From a virus: a stretch of DNA of 64,000 nt. Below the pieces are notes generated by a model. It was given only the letters and a program-made list of their open reading frames with translations, did no database searches and was not told the DNA's origin. Positions 9,813 through 20,021 of this stretch are shown here, piece by piece. Within the stretch, counting starts at the first letter, position 1. The number at the start of each line of letters is the position of its first letter. Location: positions 30,823 to 94,822 of IMG/VR virus record IMGVR_UViG_3300009059_000716; one strand, given 5' to 3'. A program made the translations under genes and the position numbers.

Positions 9813-10492
9813 AAAACTTAAATGAAATAGCATTTGTAGTTCAGGCAAGACTTAATAGTAAAAGGGTACCTCAAAAGATGATTCGTCCATTTGCTGGTGA
9901 TACGTTATTTGGTATAGTATTAGACAAGCTATTGGACTGCAAAAATATACCTAACGAAAATATATTTGCTTCTATATACGAAGACGAGCTTATAGAGATT
10001 GTAGATAATAAACCAATCAGTTATTTTGTTAGAAGTAAAGAATCAGCCGAAGAAGAGGACAATTTACAATTAATATACGAATGGCATGATAAGCTTCCAG
10101 CTAAGTACAAGTACGTAGTTCTAATTTCTGGTTGTAATCCATTACTTCAAATAAATACGATTGATAGGTTTATAGAAAAGTTCGTAAACCAACAGGAAGA
10201 AAATCTATTTGCAGTCATAGAAAAAAGACAGTACTTCTGGAATAAACAAGGTAAGATGATTAATGATTGGCCGGTAGGTGAAACAATAATGAATACGAAA
10301 GTCATTGAACCTACATATGAAGCAGCACATTGTCTCTACGCTTCTAGATTAGATACTATAAAAAATAATAAATTTATGGTAGATTTTTCAAAAGAAAACC
10401 TTACCTTATATACTATACCAGAACTAGAGTCATTTGATATCGATTACGAATGGCAATTTAAAACAGCTGAACTGTTGTATGAAAAAATTTAA
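9809..10492 (+). CDS. neuA: CMP-nonulosonate synthetase / acylneuraminate cytidylyltransferase
   Basis: QARLNSKRVPQK, C-terminal DIDYEWQF. Confidence 0.85.
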   Translation: MKNLNEIAFVVQARLNSKRVPQKMIRPFAGDTLFGIVLDKLLDCKNIPNENIFASIYEDELIEIVDNKPISYFVRSKESAEEEDNLQLIYEWHDKLPAKYKYVVLISGCNPLLQINTIDRFIEKFVNQQEENLFAVIEKRQYFWNKQGKMINDWPVGETIMNTKVIEPTYEAAHCLYASRLDTIKNNKFMVDFSKENLTLYTIPELESFDIDYEWQFKTAELLYEKI

Positions 10493-11306
10493 AGTAGGAG
10501 TATTAGGAAACGGATTCGTAGGAGAGAGTCAAGCATTTGCTTTCTCACCAACTACCGATTTAAGAATTTATGATGTAGATCCATTAAAAGCTACTCATAC
10601 AAAAGAACAAGTAGACGAATGTGATTTTATATTTGTTTGTGTTCCAACACCAATGTATAAAGATGGTTCACAAGATCTATCTTATATTGAAAAAGTATTT
10701 GAAGAGGCAGTAGAAGGGCCAATCTATATTATCAAATCTACAGTGCTACCCGGTACCACAAAAGAACTCTCTGAGAAATATAATAAGATTAATATAGTAT
10801 TTAGTCCTGAGTTTTTAACTGAGAGAACCGCTAAGTTAGATATGTTAACACAAGCAAGAATTATCTTTGGAGGACCAAGACAGCATACTAGAAAAGTAAG
10901 AGATTTGTTTGAGCAAAGATTCATGAATAGAAATATAATTGAAACAGACTCTACAACTGCTGAGTTAATCAAATATATGAACAATACTTTCTTTGCAACC
11001 AAAGTATCTATCATGAATGAATTCAAAAGACTTTCAGATGCAATAGGAACTGATTGGGAGACAGCTTTATATGGATTTGCTTCTGACGGAAGGATAGGAG
11101 ATAGCCACTTACATGTCCCTGGACCAGACGGTAGAATGGGATACGGAGGAACTTGTTTTCCTAAAGATGTTAACGCTATTATAAAATACGGAGAAAAATA
11201 TGGAACTCCTATGAATACTATAGCTGCAGGTTGGAAGACCAACCTAGAGGTTAGACCAGAAAAAGATTGGGAAAAAGATAAAGGTAGAGCAGTAAGCGAT
11301 GATTAA
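10479..11306 (+). CDS. ugd: UDP-glucose/GDP-mannose dehydrogenase family (short form)
   Basis: GNGFVG, CVPTP, KSTVLPG, SPEFL, GYGGTCFPKD; ATG at 10479 preferred over the TTG at 10434. Confidence 0.9.
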   Translation: MKKFKVGVLGNGFVGESQAFAFSPTTDLRIYDVDPLKATHTKEQVDECDFIFVCVPTPMYKDGSQDLSYIEKVFEEAVEGPIYIIKSTVLPGTTKELSEKYNKINIVFSPEFLTERTAKLDMLTQARIIFGGPRQHTRKVRDLFEQRFMNRNIIETDSTTAELIKYMNNTFFATKVSIMNEFKRLSDAIGTDWETALYGFASDGRIGDSHLHVPGPDGRMGYGGTCFPKDVNAIIKYGEKYGTPMNTIAAGWKTNLEVRPEKDWEKDKGRAVSDD

Positions 11307-11985
11307 AAATAGTTTTAGGGAAGATATAGAGTTCATTTTTACTAAACTAAAAAATAAAGAGAAGTTTAGTTTTAGTAAATACGCTGATGGAGAGTTCGCA
11401 ATACTAGCTAACCAACGTATAACCAATATCGATAATTGGACTTTTGATCCAACAAAACATTCTGAGATTAGGAATGAATTAATAAGATCGTTCCAATTTA
11501 AAGATCCTGAATACTACGTAGGAGTTAGCTGTAAGTGCTGCCAACCTGAACAAATAGTAAACTGGATGAGACAAGAATCAAAACAAGATGTTCTTACTTG
11601 GGCTAACATATTTGTTAATAGTAACTACCCTTACTTCCAAGAGAATTTTATTCCGGAATTTAGTAACCATAAAGTAGTTTTATTTGCAAGAGAAGATGCT
11701 CGTACAAATGAATTACCATTTGAAGTAGAACATATACCTATAACTTCGGAAGCTTTTATAGATAATTTTGATATGGTAGAAAATTTTCCTATAGAAGAAT
11801 ATAAAGACAAGTTATTTTTATTCTGTGCTGGACCATTAGGTAACATGTTAGCAGCTAAATTTTGGGAAAAGAATAAAGAGAATACATATCTTGATATAGG
11901 TTCAACATTAAACGGATACTTAACTGAAACTAATAGAGGGTACCTTAAAGGAGGTAACACAGCACTAAAAACTTGTATATGGTAA
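11299..11985 (+). CDS. GT-D/DUF1792-like glycosyltransferase
   Basis: FSKYADGE, FCAGPLG, LDIGS motifs. Confidence 0.7.
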   Translation: MIKNSFREDIEFIFTKLKNKEKFSFSKYADGEFAILANQRITNIDNWTFDPTKHSEIRNELIRSFQFKDPEYYVGVSCKCCQPEQIVNWMRQESKQDVLTWANIFVNSNYPYFQENFIPEFSNHKVVLFAREDARTNELPFEVEHIPITSEAFIDNFDMVENFPIEEYKDKLFLFCAGPLGNMLAAKFWEKNKENTYLDIGSTLNGYLTETNRGYLKGGNTALKTCIW

Positions 11986-12959
11986 ATAAAGTCTTAATTT
12001 GTTTTGGAACAAGACCTGAATGGTTGAAAGTAAAACCTTTAGTTGAGACTTTAGATAACTGTCAACTACTCTTTACCGGTCAACATAAAGACTTACTTGC
12101 TGATATAAAAGTAGACTATAGAATAGAAATAGGAGATCAAACAAATAGACTTGATCAAATCATAAGTGACTGCTTACTTCAATTCCCAGAAGGAGACTTC
12201 GATACAGTCTTAGTTCACGGCGATACAGTTTCAGCTCTTGCTTGTGCTCTAGCAGCATTTAGTAGAAAGAAAAAAATCATTCACCTTGAAGCAGGTTTAA
12301 GATCTCATGATTTGACTCAACCTTACCCGGAAGAAGGGTACAGACAAATGATATCTAGAATAGCAGATATAAACTTTGCTCCAACTGAACTGTCAGCTGA
12401 GAATTTAAAACAAGAAAGAGTTTTAGGAACAACACACATTGTAGGTAATTCAGTTTTAGATAACTTACTGCCATTAAAAGATGAAGCAGTATATGGAGAC
12501 AAAGTTCTAGTCACCTTACATAGATGGGAGAATCATATTTGGATGGATAAATGGTTTAAAGAAGTAAACCAACTAGCGATTGATAACCCTACCTTAGAGT
12601 TTATCATTCCTCTACACCATCATCCCGAAGTACAAAAACATAGAGAATTACTAACACATGTTAATGTAGTTCCGTCTTTACCTCATACTGAACTTTTAGA
12701 TATAATGTTACAATCTAAACTCATCATATCAGATAGCGGAGGACTTCAGGAAGAAGGAACATTCTTTAATAAGAAAGTAATTGTATGTAGAGATGTAACT
12801 GAAAGACCAGAAGGTATAGAAACAGGACATTTACATTTATGTCATTACCCAGAACAGATATCTGATATCTTTTATAAGATTTTAAATAATTACGAAATAG
12901 ATACAAAATGTCCATACGGTGAAGGTAATACAGCCAAACTAGTTAAAGATTTACTATGA
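11973..12959 (+). CDS. wecB: UDP-N-acetylglucosamine 2-epimerase
   Basis: GTRPE, TGQH, VHGDT, HLEAGLRS, PEE, SDSGGLQEE, TERPEG. Confidence 0.95.
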   Translation: MYMVNKVLICFGTRPEWLKVKPLVETLDNCQLLFTGQHKDLLADIKVDYRIEIGDQTNRLDQIISDCLLQFPEGDFDTVLVHGDTVSALACALAAFSRKKKIIHLEAGLRSHDLTQPYPEEGYRQMISRIADINFAPTELSAENLKQERVLGTTHIVGNSVLDNLLPLKDEAVYGDKVLVTLHRWENHIWMDKWFKEVNQLAIDNPTLEFIIPLHHHPEVQKHRELLTHVNVVPSLPHTELLDIMLQSKLIISDSGGLQEEGTFFNKKVIVCRDVTERPEGIETGHLHLCHYPEQISDIFYKILNNYEIDTKCPYGEGNTAKLVKDLL

Positions 12960-13672
12960 TAACAGTTGTACTAAATAGCTACAAAAGAGCACAATACCTA
13001 CCTGAACAGATAAAAGCCATTAGGGAACAATCTATTCCTGTAGACGAAATAATGGTATGGTCAAACAAACCAGAAGAAGGGTTACAGTACAATATAGATA
13101 ATTTAGGAGTTAAGGTAGCTTATGCAAATCATAATTTCAAGTTTCATGGTAGATTTGCTTTTGGTTTATTAGCTAGAAGCGAGTATGTAGCTTTTTTTGA
13201 TGACGATACAATACCTGGACCTAAATGGTTTGAATCTTGTTTAAAATACTCAGAGGAAAATATTATACTAGGTTCAACAGGAGTTAAGTATTTAGGAGAT
13301 GCTTATGACCCGCATGAAAAGTATGGCTGGAATGGAATAAAAAGTAATAAACTAGAAGATGTTGACTTAGTTGGACATTCATGGTTTATGAAAAGATCTA
13401 CTTTAAAGTACTTATGGGAAGAAGATCCCATCTCTTGGGAGAACGGAGAAGATATTCAACTGTCTGGTTTTGCTTATAAATACGGAAACATAAGAACAGC
13501 AGTACCCCCTCACACTCTAGATAATAGAGAGGAATGGGGAAGTATAAAAGGAGACGTATACGGAAATGATGAAAATGCTTCTCATTGGAAAGGTAATCAT
13601 TCACCGTTACGTAATCAGATTTCTAAAACATTAATGGAACAAGGATACAAAAAAGTAATAGATAGAATATGA
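12956..13672 (+). CDS. Glycosyltransferase, GT-A fold (GT2-like)
   Basis: ITVVLNSYKR, FDDD, GEDI. Confidence 0.85.
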   Translation: MITVVLNSYKRAQYLPEQIKAIREQSIPVDEIMVWSNKPEEGLQYNIDNLGVKVAYANHNFKFHGRFAFGLLARSEYVAFFDDDTIPGPKWFESCLKYSEENIILGSTGVKYLGDAYDPHEKYGWNGIKSNKLEDVDLVGHSWFMKRSTLKYLWEEDPISWENGEDIQLSGFAYKYGNIRTAVPPHTLDNREEWGSIKGDVYGNDENASHWKGNHSPLRNQISKTLMEQGYKKVIDRI

Positions 13673-14517
13673 AAGTACTAGTAACAGGCGGAGCTGGTTT
13701 TATCGGAACAAATATTGTTAATAAACTTCTTAAAGAGGGGCATGAAGTTATGTCTTTAGATAATTACGATAGTGGCCTTAAAGAGAATGAACTACCTGGA
13801 TGTATATACAAAGAAGGAGAGTTAGAGTTCTTAAAGTACTTTAATGGAAACGGATTTGATATAGTTTACCATCTAGCAGCTTTATCTAGAATACAGCCTT
13901 CATTTGAAAATCCATTAGAAACTTTCAGAGTAAATACCGAAGGAAGTTTAATTGTAGCTGATTGGGCTAAAAAGTACAACGTAAAGGTTGTTTATGCCGG
14001 TTCATCTTCAAGATGGCATGATCCATTACAATCACCTTACGCAGCTTTTAAACATATGGGAGAAGAAATCTTTAAAATGTATAGAAAGGTATACGGGTTA
14101 AATGTAGAAATAGCTAGATTCTATAATGTATATGGACCGAAAGAAATAGTAGATGGAGATTGGGCAGCAGTTATAGGAATATGGAGACGTCAAGTTAGAG
14201 ATGGAGAACGTATTACAATAGTAGGTGATGGAGAACAGAGAAGAGACTTTACTCATGTTCACGACATAGTAGACGCTTTATATAAAATTGGTATTGGAAA
14301 AGAATCACACGAAGATGCTTGGGAATTAGGAACAGGAGTCAACTACTCTATCAACGAAGTATTTGATATGTTTAAAAGTAGGTTTAATGTTGAAGCAGTA
14401 TACTTACCAGACCAGAAAGGAAACTATAGAAAGACTTTAAGAGAGAATGATGATAGTTTATTACGTTTAGGTTGGAAACCTGAAGATCAATTACTATCTT
14501 ATATAAACAGCTTATGA
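13669..14517 (+). CDS. NAD-dependent nucleotide-sugar epimerase/dehydratase
   Basis: VTGGAGFIG, HLAA, YAAFK, RFYNVYGP, GDGEQRRDF. Confidence 0.95.
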   Translation: MKVLVTGGAGFIGTNIVNKLLKEGHEVMSLDNYDSGLKENELPGCIYKEGELEFLKYFNGNGFDIVYHLAALSRIQPSFENPLETFRVNTEGSLIVADWAKKYNVKVVYAGSSSRWHDPLQSPYAAFKHMGEEIFKMYRKVYGLNVEIARFYNVYGPKEIVDGDWAAVIGIWRRQVRDGERITIVGDGEQRRDFTHVHDIVDALYKIGIGKESHEDAWELGTGVNYSINEVFDMFKSRFNVEAVYLPDQKGNYRKTLRENDDSLLRLGWKPEDQLLSYINSL

Positions 14518-15263
14518 AATTAGTAGTATATACAGCCCTATTTGCAGACGAATCTCTACCTTTAGAAGATGTAGGAAGGTTTTTTCCATTCACTCATGAC
14601 AAAGGAGGTGTAGAGTACATAGCGTTTACAAATAGAGAAGACCTAAAATCAGACTTTTGGGATGTAAGAGGTATAGAAAAAGAAGGGGATAAGTCATTTA
14701 GAATGATGTCTAGGTTCTTAAAATGGAACCCAACAAAAGCTAATCTTCCGGAACATACTCATTCATTATGGATGGACTCACAATGTTATTTCCAATACGA
14801 ACCTACAGCTATTGTTGATGGATACTTGAAAGACAAATACCATACAGCTATGCATCATCATACAGACCTACAAAGTATCTATGTAGAAGGAATGGTAACA
14901 TCGTATGTTTACTTTAATGACAAACCTTCTATTGTTAATAGACAATTAGAAAGATACTTCGAAGAAGGGCATCCTTATCAATATGATCATTACGAAACTG
15001 GAATACTTATTAGAAAGAACTGTAAGGAAGCTAATGAACTTGGAGAGACTGTTTATAATGAACTCTCCAACGGAAGTATTAGAGATCAACTATGTACACC
15101 ATATGTAGTTAAAAAGAGGAGAGACAAAGGAGATGAAGGTATACTAACAATACAAGAATCTTTCACAGGACATAGAGGACAGCTACCTCTACCTAAATCA
15201 AAAATATTTTTTACAGAACCAAAACCAAGCGAAAAGCTTAAAGAAGATTTAACAAAGAGATGA
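14514..15263 (+). CDS. DUF616-like glycosyltransferase
   Basis: VVYTAL, IAFT, SLWMD, ETGILIR, RDQL. Confidence 0.7.
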   Translation: MKLVVYTALFADESLPLEDVGRFFPFTHDKGGVEYIAFTNREDLKSDFWDVRGIEKEGDKSFRMMSRFLKWNPTKANLPEHTHSLWMDSQCYFQYEPTAIVDGYLKDKYHTAMHHHTDLQSIYVEGMVTSYVYFNDKPSIVNRQLERYFEEGHPYQYDHYETGILIRKNCKEANELGETVYNELSNGSIRDQLCTPYVVKKRRDKGDEGILTIQESFTGHRGQLPLPKSKIFFTEPKPSEKLKEDLTKR

Positions 15264-15433
15264 AAAAGTACATTGTAGAGTTTACGTATCTAGACGGAAC
15301 AAAAGAAGAAGTAGAGTTTTTAACCGATAGAATTGATTGGACTATAAACCAATACTGCCGTAATAGAATGATAGCTAATTCACAAGTTTTAACAGAAGGA
15401 TCATCAAATAGTAAAAAAATGTTATTAGGTTAA
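15260..15433 (+). CDS. 57-aa hypothetical protein (not in ORF track)
   Basis: ATG overlapping upstream stop (ATGA); MKKYIVEFTYLDGTKEEVEF...KKMLLG. Confidence 0.65.
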   Translation: MKKYIVEFTYLDGTKEEVEFLTDRIDWTINQYCRNRMIANSQVLTEGSSNSKKMLLG

Positions 15434-15440
15434 CTATTTA

Positions 15441-15472
15441 TTTGTATACCCGAAAAAGATTTCTTATATTTA
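15441..15472 (+). promoter_or_regulatory. Bacteroidota-like phage promoter
   Basis: TTTG-N20-TATATTTA. Confidence 0.6.
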
Positions 15473-15476
15473 AGAT

Positions 15477-15854
15477 ATGAAACAATTAGAAAAATTAGTA
15501 AAAGAAGTTATAACTGAAGCAGCTAAAATTAACTTTGCTGGACATTCATTTATGCTTAAGGTTGACACTAATGAGGATCCTCAGAAGAAAGGTGTAAAGG
15601 TTCAATTTATTCCAACACAGTTTGGACAAATGACTCCAACCGAACAAAATGATATTGCAATCGAATTGGAAACTAGACTTGAAAAAGGATTAGGTCAGTT
15701 TGATATGAGAGTAGAAAGAGACAGAAACTTAAAGGATAAAACTATTATAGGTTTCTTTATCTATATTGAATATTTCGATAGAATTATTCGTAAGGCTCTA
15801 GCAGGAGAGAATCCTGATCAAGGAGACGCTGGTGCAGAACCAGAACAAGTGTAA
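15477..15854 (+). CDS. Hypothetical protein with N-terminal L..L(V/I)KE...E motif
   Basis: MKQLEKLVKEVITEA N-terminus. Confidence 0.7.
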   Translation: MKQLEKLVKEVITEAAKINFAGHSFMLKVDTNEDPQKKGVKVQFIPTQFGQMTPTEQNDIAIELETRLEKGLGQFDMRVERDRNLKDKTIIGFFIYIEYFDRIIRKALAGENPDQGDAGAEPEQV

Positions 15855-15872
15855 CTTAAAACCAGTTTACAG

Positions 15873-16031
15873 ATGAATGGGTATCGATTTTACAGTAAAG
15901 AAGACCCTGAAAAAGAAACTATTATGGCCTGGCCTTCTAGTTCTTTTGAAACGGCAGTAGAAAGATTTGCACAAATTAAGAATCTTCCAGTAGAAGATTT
16001 TACTAAACTATTTGAAGTAGAAAGATTATGA
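15873..16031 (+). CDS. 52-aa hypothetical protein (not in ORF track)
   Basis: MNGYRFYSKEDPEKE...LFEVERL; stop overlaps next ATG. Confidence 0.65.
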   Translation: MNGYRFYSKEDPEKETIMAWPSSSFETAVERFAQIKNLPVEDFTKLFEVERL

Positions 16032-16435
16032 TTGAACCTAGAAAAAAAGTCAGACAAGTCCTATTTTCTATTCATCAATTATCTTACCGCATCAAAGAAA
16101 AATCCCCAAGTAACGAGCATATGAATAAAAAAATATTCATAGAGGTTTTAGAACAATTAAAGTTAATCGAAGAGCGTAGGGATTTTATGGAAGAAGAAAT
16201 AGGAATGGATATGACACAGTACGAAGATCAATTCTTCTCAGTCATTGAGAACCTATTTAAATTAGCTTTCAATAAACAGCAACTTGGACTCATTCAATTA
16301 TACCTCTATCAGTTAGTACCGGACAAAGAATGGGACGGAACAATCACAATAGAATTAGGTAAAGAAGAAAAGGTAGTAAATTTTAAAACACCTGAAGATG
16401 TTTGGAATACTATAAACTTATTTACAAATGGTTAA
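16028..16435 (+). CDS. Hypothetical protein
   Basis: Translationally coupled ORF. Confidence 0.7.
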   Translation: MIEPRKKVRQVLFSIHQLSYRIKEKSPSNEHMNKKIFIEVLEQLKLIEERRDFMEEEIGMDMTQYEDQFFSVIENLFKLAFNKQQLGLIQLYLYQLVPDKEWDGTITIELGKEEKVVNFKTPEDVWNTINLFTNG

Positions 16436-16757
16436 CGTAAGTGATACAGCAGCACAGCAGCTACTAAATATATTTATAGAAGAGAATAAAGACCCAAAAG
16501 AAAACTACGTAAGAGTAGGAGTTAAATCAGGAGGATGTTCCGGTTTATCTTACATATTAGACTTTGAGGATAAAGCTTCGGAAGACGATAAAGTAGTAGA
16601 ATCAAATGGAGTAAATCTTCTTATAGATAAAAAGAGTCTTTTATACCTTATCGGGACTACATTAGAATATTCTTCCGGACTAAACGGTAAAGGATTTCAT
16701 TGGACTAATCCAAACGCACAAAGAAGTTGCGGATGTGGAGAAAGTTTTTCACTATAA
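16428..16757 (+). CDS. iscA: A-type Fe-S cluster carrier (IscA/SufA/HesB)
   Basis: RVGVKSGGCSGLSY and NPNAQRSCGCGESF. Confidence 0.95.
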   Translation: MVNVSDTAAQQLLNIFIEENKDPKENYVRVGVKSGGCSGLSYILDFEDKASEDDKVVESNGVNLLIDKKSLLYLIGTTLEYSSGLNGKGFHWTNPNAQRSCGCGESFSL

Positions 16758-16758
16758 A

Positions 16759-16790
16759 GTTGCTAGATTAAATTATTATTCTTATATTTA
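16759..16790 (+). promoter_or_regulatory. Bacteroidota-like phage promoter
   Basis: GTTG-N20-TATATTTA. Confidence 0.65.
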
Positions 16791-16817
16791 GTATTATTAA
16801 TTAACTAAAGGTTATAT

Positions 16818-17201
16818 ATGCAATTAGAAATGATTGAGTGCCCTAAATGCGGCAACGACTTCCCATTAAAAAGAAAAGAGTTAGGTTACCATGTATGTGT
16901 TAACTGTTCGACAACTAAAGCAGTAGTAGGCGTTACTACAGTAGAAGGAAGTGGAGACCATACTTACAATGATCTTATTATTATGGATCAAGATCAATAC
17001 CTTTCTATTAAAAGAAAAGAAGCTGAACTATCAGGTAAGAAATCAGACTTATTAGAAATTCTAGACTTAGACAGAGACGAAAACGAAGTAAGCCAATCAG
17101 TAAAAGAACAAGTCAACGTAATATTAGATGACGACTTGGAAGCAGAGGAAGACGAACAAGACGTTGACAGAACAGGTCAAATAGAAGGAATAGATTACTA
17201 G
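16818..17201 (+). CDS. Zn-finger protein (DksA/TraR-finger-like) with acidic tail
   Basis: CPKCGNDFPLKR...CVNC. Confidence 0.55.
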   Translation: MQLEMIECPKCGNDFPLKRKELGYHVCVNCSTTKAVVGVTTVEGSGDHTYNDLIIMDQDQYLSIKRKEAELSGKKSDLLEILDLDRDENEVSQSVKEQVNVILDDDLEAEEDEQDVDRTGQIEGIDY

Positions 17202-17202
17202 T

Positions 17203-18198
17203 ATGGATTTTGAAAATTACTTTAGAGACATAGGAAGGAAAGTTATATACAAAGCTGTAAACGGTGAGTACGACAAAGGTATAGATATGTTTAGTTATAA
17301 TGCTAAAGGAATAGATAACCATAAAAATCTCTATAAGTCTATACCTAATTTTAAAACTCAAGAGGATTTATGGGAGTTCTTATTAACTCACTTACCGGAT
17401 GGGTATAAAGTTGGCACTTTTAACTTACCTCCTGAAGATATATACTCTGTATTTAGCCCAATCGACCTAGTACATCAAGCTATTGAGTTTTTGGAACTAT
17501 ACAAGGAAGGTAGTGATTGGAAAGCTTTGATTAGCGATCTAGAATTTAAAAATGGTAAAACACTACTCTTACCTGTATACACACACTATTTTAAATTATC
17601 TCAATTAGCACGTATCTACATAAAGGCTGGTCTAAATTTTACATACCCTCCAACTGCAAATAAAATTTTAAACTTACCTAAATACTTCTTACACCCAGGA
17701 GGTTTTAGACAGTTAATCTACCAAGTATTTTCACCTGATAAAAATATAGAAGTGCTTGGGCTAGCAGCTAAAGATGTTGAAGTAGTTAAAGAATTTAACA
17801 GTACTGAGAGTATATTAGAGTATTTTAAACTTAATACAGAAACAGCAGAATTAGATATTACCTTACATGGTTTCGAAAATTTACTCCTGCCTCAATTTGC
17901 TTTCGGCTATACAGACTACCACAAAGGACTAAAATCAGAGTTTATAAACTTTCTCAAATTTTTTGATTCTGTAAACATATTTACCAACTTTATGTTTACT
18001 CATAAGAGTATAGATCAAAGTAAAGTAAAAACTGATTACTTTATAGAATTAGAAGATAAGGAAGATCCAATAATAATACTAAAAGTATTTCTTCTACTAC
18101 CTTTTTTAGAAACTAAAGATAGACACTATTTTGAGGAAATCCCAGGTGTAGTAGTAAGAGAATTAAAACCGATTAAGATTACTAAAACTAACAACTAA
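17203..18198 (+). CDS. Hypothetical protein
   Basis: 331-aa ORF, no recognised motif beyond HPGxxR. Confidence 0.7.
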   Translation: MDFENYFRDIGRKVIYKAVNGEYDKGIDMFSYNAKGIDNHKNLYKSIPNFKTQEDLWEFLLTHLPDGYKVGTFNLPPEDIYSVFSPIDLVHQAIEFLELYKEGSDWKALISDLEFKNGKTLLLPVYTHYFKLSQLARIYIKAGLNFTYPPTANKILNLPKYFLHPGGFRQLIYQVFSPDKNIEVLGLAAKDVEVVKEFNSTESILEYFKLNTETAELDITLHGFENLLLPQFAFGYTDYHKGLKSEFINFLKFFDSVNIFTNFMFTHKSIDQSKVKTDYFIELEDKEDPIIILKVFLLLPFLETKDRHYFEEIPGVVVRELKPIKITKTNN

Positions 18199-18201
18199 AA
18201 A

Positions 18202-18834
18202 TTGCCTAGAGCTCCAAAAATATTAACCAAAGAAGATATACAAAGAGCACAATTAAGAACTCGTTCTAATTTAGCAGCAGCAAGATATCTTCATGTTTCC
18301 TACCCACACTATAGGAAGTATGCTTTGTTATTTAAAAACGAAGACGGAGTTACTTTATTTGAAGCTCATAAAAATCAAGAGGGTAAAGGTATAGCCAAAT
18401 TTAATCCTAACGGAATAAATGAACCTCCTCTATTAGATATCTTAGAAGGTAGAGTACCTTTAGAACATTTTGACTCAAAAAGAATCAAAGAGAGAATAAT
18501 CTTTGAAGCTCTAATAGAAGAGAAATGTGCCCATTGCGGATTCTCAGAGAAGAGAGTACATGATACTAAAGTACCTATCATCTTAAACCATAAGGACGGT
18601 AATAGGAAGAACTGGCTTGTCGAGAATTTAGAATTCTTATGTTACAATTGTGCATTTTTGTACGCTACTTCTCCTATTACCGACAATCAGGTAGATAGAA
18701 TGGAAGATTATGTAGATAAATCTGATGAAGAGTTTACTTGGGAGATGGATGAAGCTACAGTAGAACATCTTAAGAACTTAGGACTGTACGAAGAAGAGAA
18801 GAGACCTGGAGATGAGTACATCTCTAGACTTTAA
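18202..18834 (+). CDS. HTH + HNH endonuclease-like protein (TTG start)
   Basis: N-terminal AAARYLHVSY HTH; CAHCG..HKDGNRKN..LCYNC. Confidence 0.75.
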   Translation: MPRAPKILTKEDIQRAQLRTRSNLAAARYLHVSYPHYRKYALLFKNEDGVTLFEAHKNQEGKGIAKFNPNGINEPPLLDILEGRVPLEHFDSKRIKERIIFEALIEEKCAHCGFSEKRVHDTKVPIILNHKDGNRKNWLVENLEFLCYNCAFLYATSPITDNQVDRMEDYVDKSDEEFTWEMDEATVEHLKNLGLYEEEKRPGDEYISRL

Positions 18835-18847
18835 TCTATTTATTATT

Positions 18848-18997
18848 ATGACAAAGAAGAAAACTAGTAAGCTTTCTACCTTTAAAAAGAATAAACCTCT
18901 CGAAAGAAAAGTAGCCGATGACTTAGTAAGGCTACATGAACGTAATGAAAAGTTACGTGAAAAAGAGATAGGAACTTCCTTTTTAGACCTATTTTAG
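18848..18997 (+). CDS. Small basic hypothetical protein
   Basis: ATG at 18848 downstream of TATTTAT. Confidence 0.55.
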   Translation: MTKKKTSKLSTFKKNKPLERKVADDLVRLHERNEKLREKEIGTSFLDLF

Positions 18998-19028
18998 TTG
19001 GTCGTTATCTTTTTTTTCCTTATCTTTA
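18997..19028 (+). promoter_or_regulatory. Bacteroidota-like phage promoter
   Basis: GTTG-N20-TATCTTTA. Confidence 0.65.
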
Positions 19029-19048
19029 ATTAACTTAAAAAACCTATT

Positions 19049-19612
19049 ATGATGTATAGATATGACAGAGTAACTTTGGAATTTAAAAAAATTAAGTATA
19101 GTGAAATTTTCTTTAAAACTATATTAGCAACTGTAGTTCTATTTACTCTTTTTAGTTTAACCTATAAATTAGATAGAACTAAAATAGATCAACTCACCGA
19201 CGAAGAGAAACTAATAATTATCTCAGACTATAATGAATTTTCGGAAGAAAAACTTGTTGCTAAGATTAAGGAATTGAACTTTAGATACCCACATATTGTA
19301 TTAGCACAAGCAAAACTAGAAACAGGTTACTTTAAATCAGAAAGTTTTACTTACGCTAATAACTTATTTGGTATGAAACAAGCTAAAGCAAGAGCAAATA
19401 CTGCTGTTGGAACTTCAAGAGGTCATGCTCGTTACGATAGTTGGATTGAAAGTCTATATGACTATGCTCTTTTCCATAACGCTTATTTAAATAAGTTAAG
19501 AACTGAAGCACTCTACTACGCCTACTTAGGTCAAAATTATGCTGAAGATCCTAAATATGTCGATAAATTAAAAGCTATAGTAGAAAAACAAGAATTAAAA
19601 AATAAATTCTAA
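19049..19612 (+). CDS. Membrane-anchored GH73 glucosaminidase-like peptidoglycan hydrolase
   Basis: TM helix, AQAKLETG, NNLFGMK, YAEDPKY. Confidence 0.85.
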   Translation: MMYRYDRVTLEFKKIKYSEIFFKTILATVVLFTLFSLTYKLDRTKIDQLTDEEKLIIISDYNEFSEEKLVAKIKELNFRYPHIVLAQAKLETGYFKSESFTYANNLFGMKQAKARANTAVGTSRGHARYDSWIESLYDYALFHNAYLNKLRTEALYYAYLGQNYAEDPKYVDKLKAIVEKQELKNKF

Positions 19613-19618
19613 AAAGTT

Positions 19619-19987
19619 ATGAATTTACTATTTCCAAAGTATAAATTATCAGACAAAGAAATACAAATTAAACATATTATTGAAAACCTAATTAATGACC
19701 CTGTTACTGTTAAGTTAATGGATCCAATTACATCTCATTATTACTTAGATAACAAAAAGTTGGGATACTTTATTCTCATTAGTTACAGTATTATAAAAAT
19801 TACAAATCATAAATTCTACTATACAGAAAATATTAGCAGTAGATTTAGCAGTGAAATTGAAAAATCAATCCAGGTAGCAATAAGTAAAGATAGAAGAAGA
19901 ATTGAAGACGAAATGTTTAAAAACGAATCTGATCTTTTGACAAATATTCTTAAAAAAGTCACAGTTCCTAGTTTGAAATCTGAATAA
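19619..19987 (+). CDS. Hypothetical protein
   Basis: ORF with gttATG start context. Confidence 0.7.
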   Translation: MNLLFPKYKLSDKEIQIKHIIENLINDPVTVKLMDPITSHYYLDNKKLGYFILISYSIIKITNHKFYYTENISSRFSSEIEKSIQVAISKDRRRIEDEMFKNESDLLTNILKKVTVPSLKSE

Positions 19988-20002
19988 TATTTCTTATCTT
20001 TA
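19971..20002 (+). promoter_or_regulatory. Bacteroidota-like phage promoter
   Basis: GTTTG-N19-TATCTTTA. Confidence 0.6.
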
Positions 20003-20021
20003 TGTATATAAAAAATAGGTT

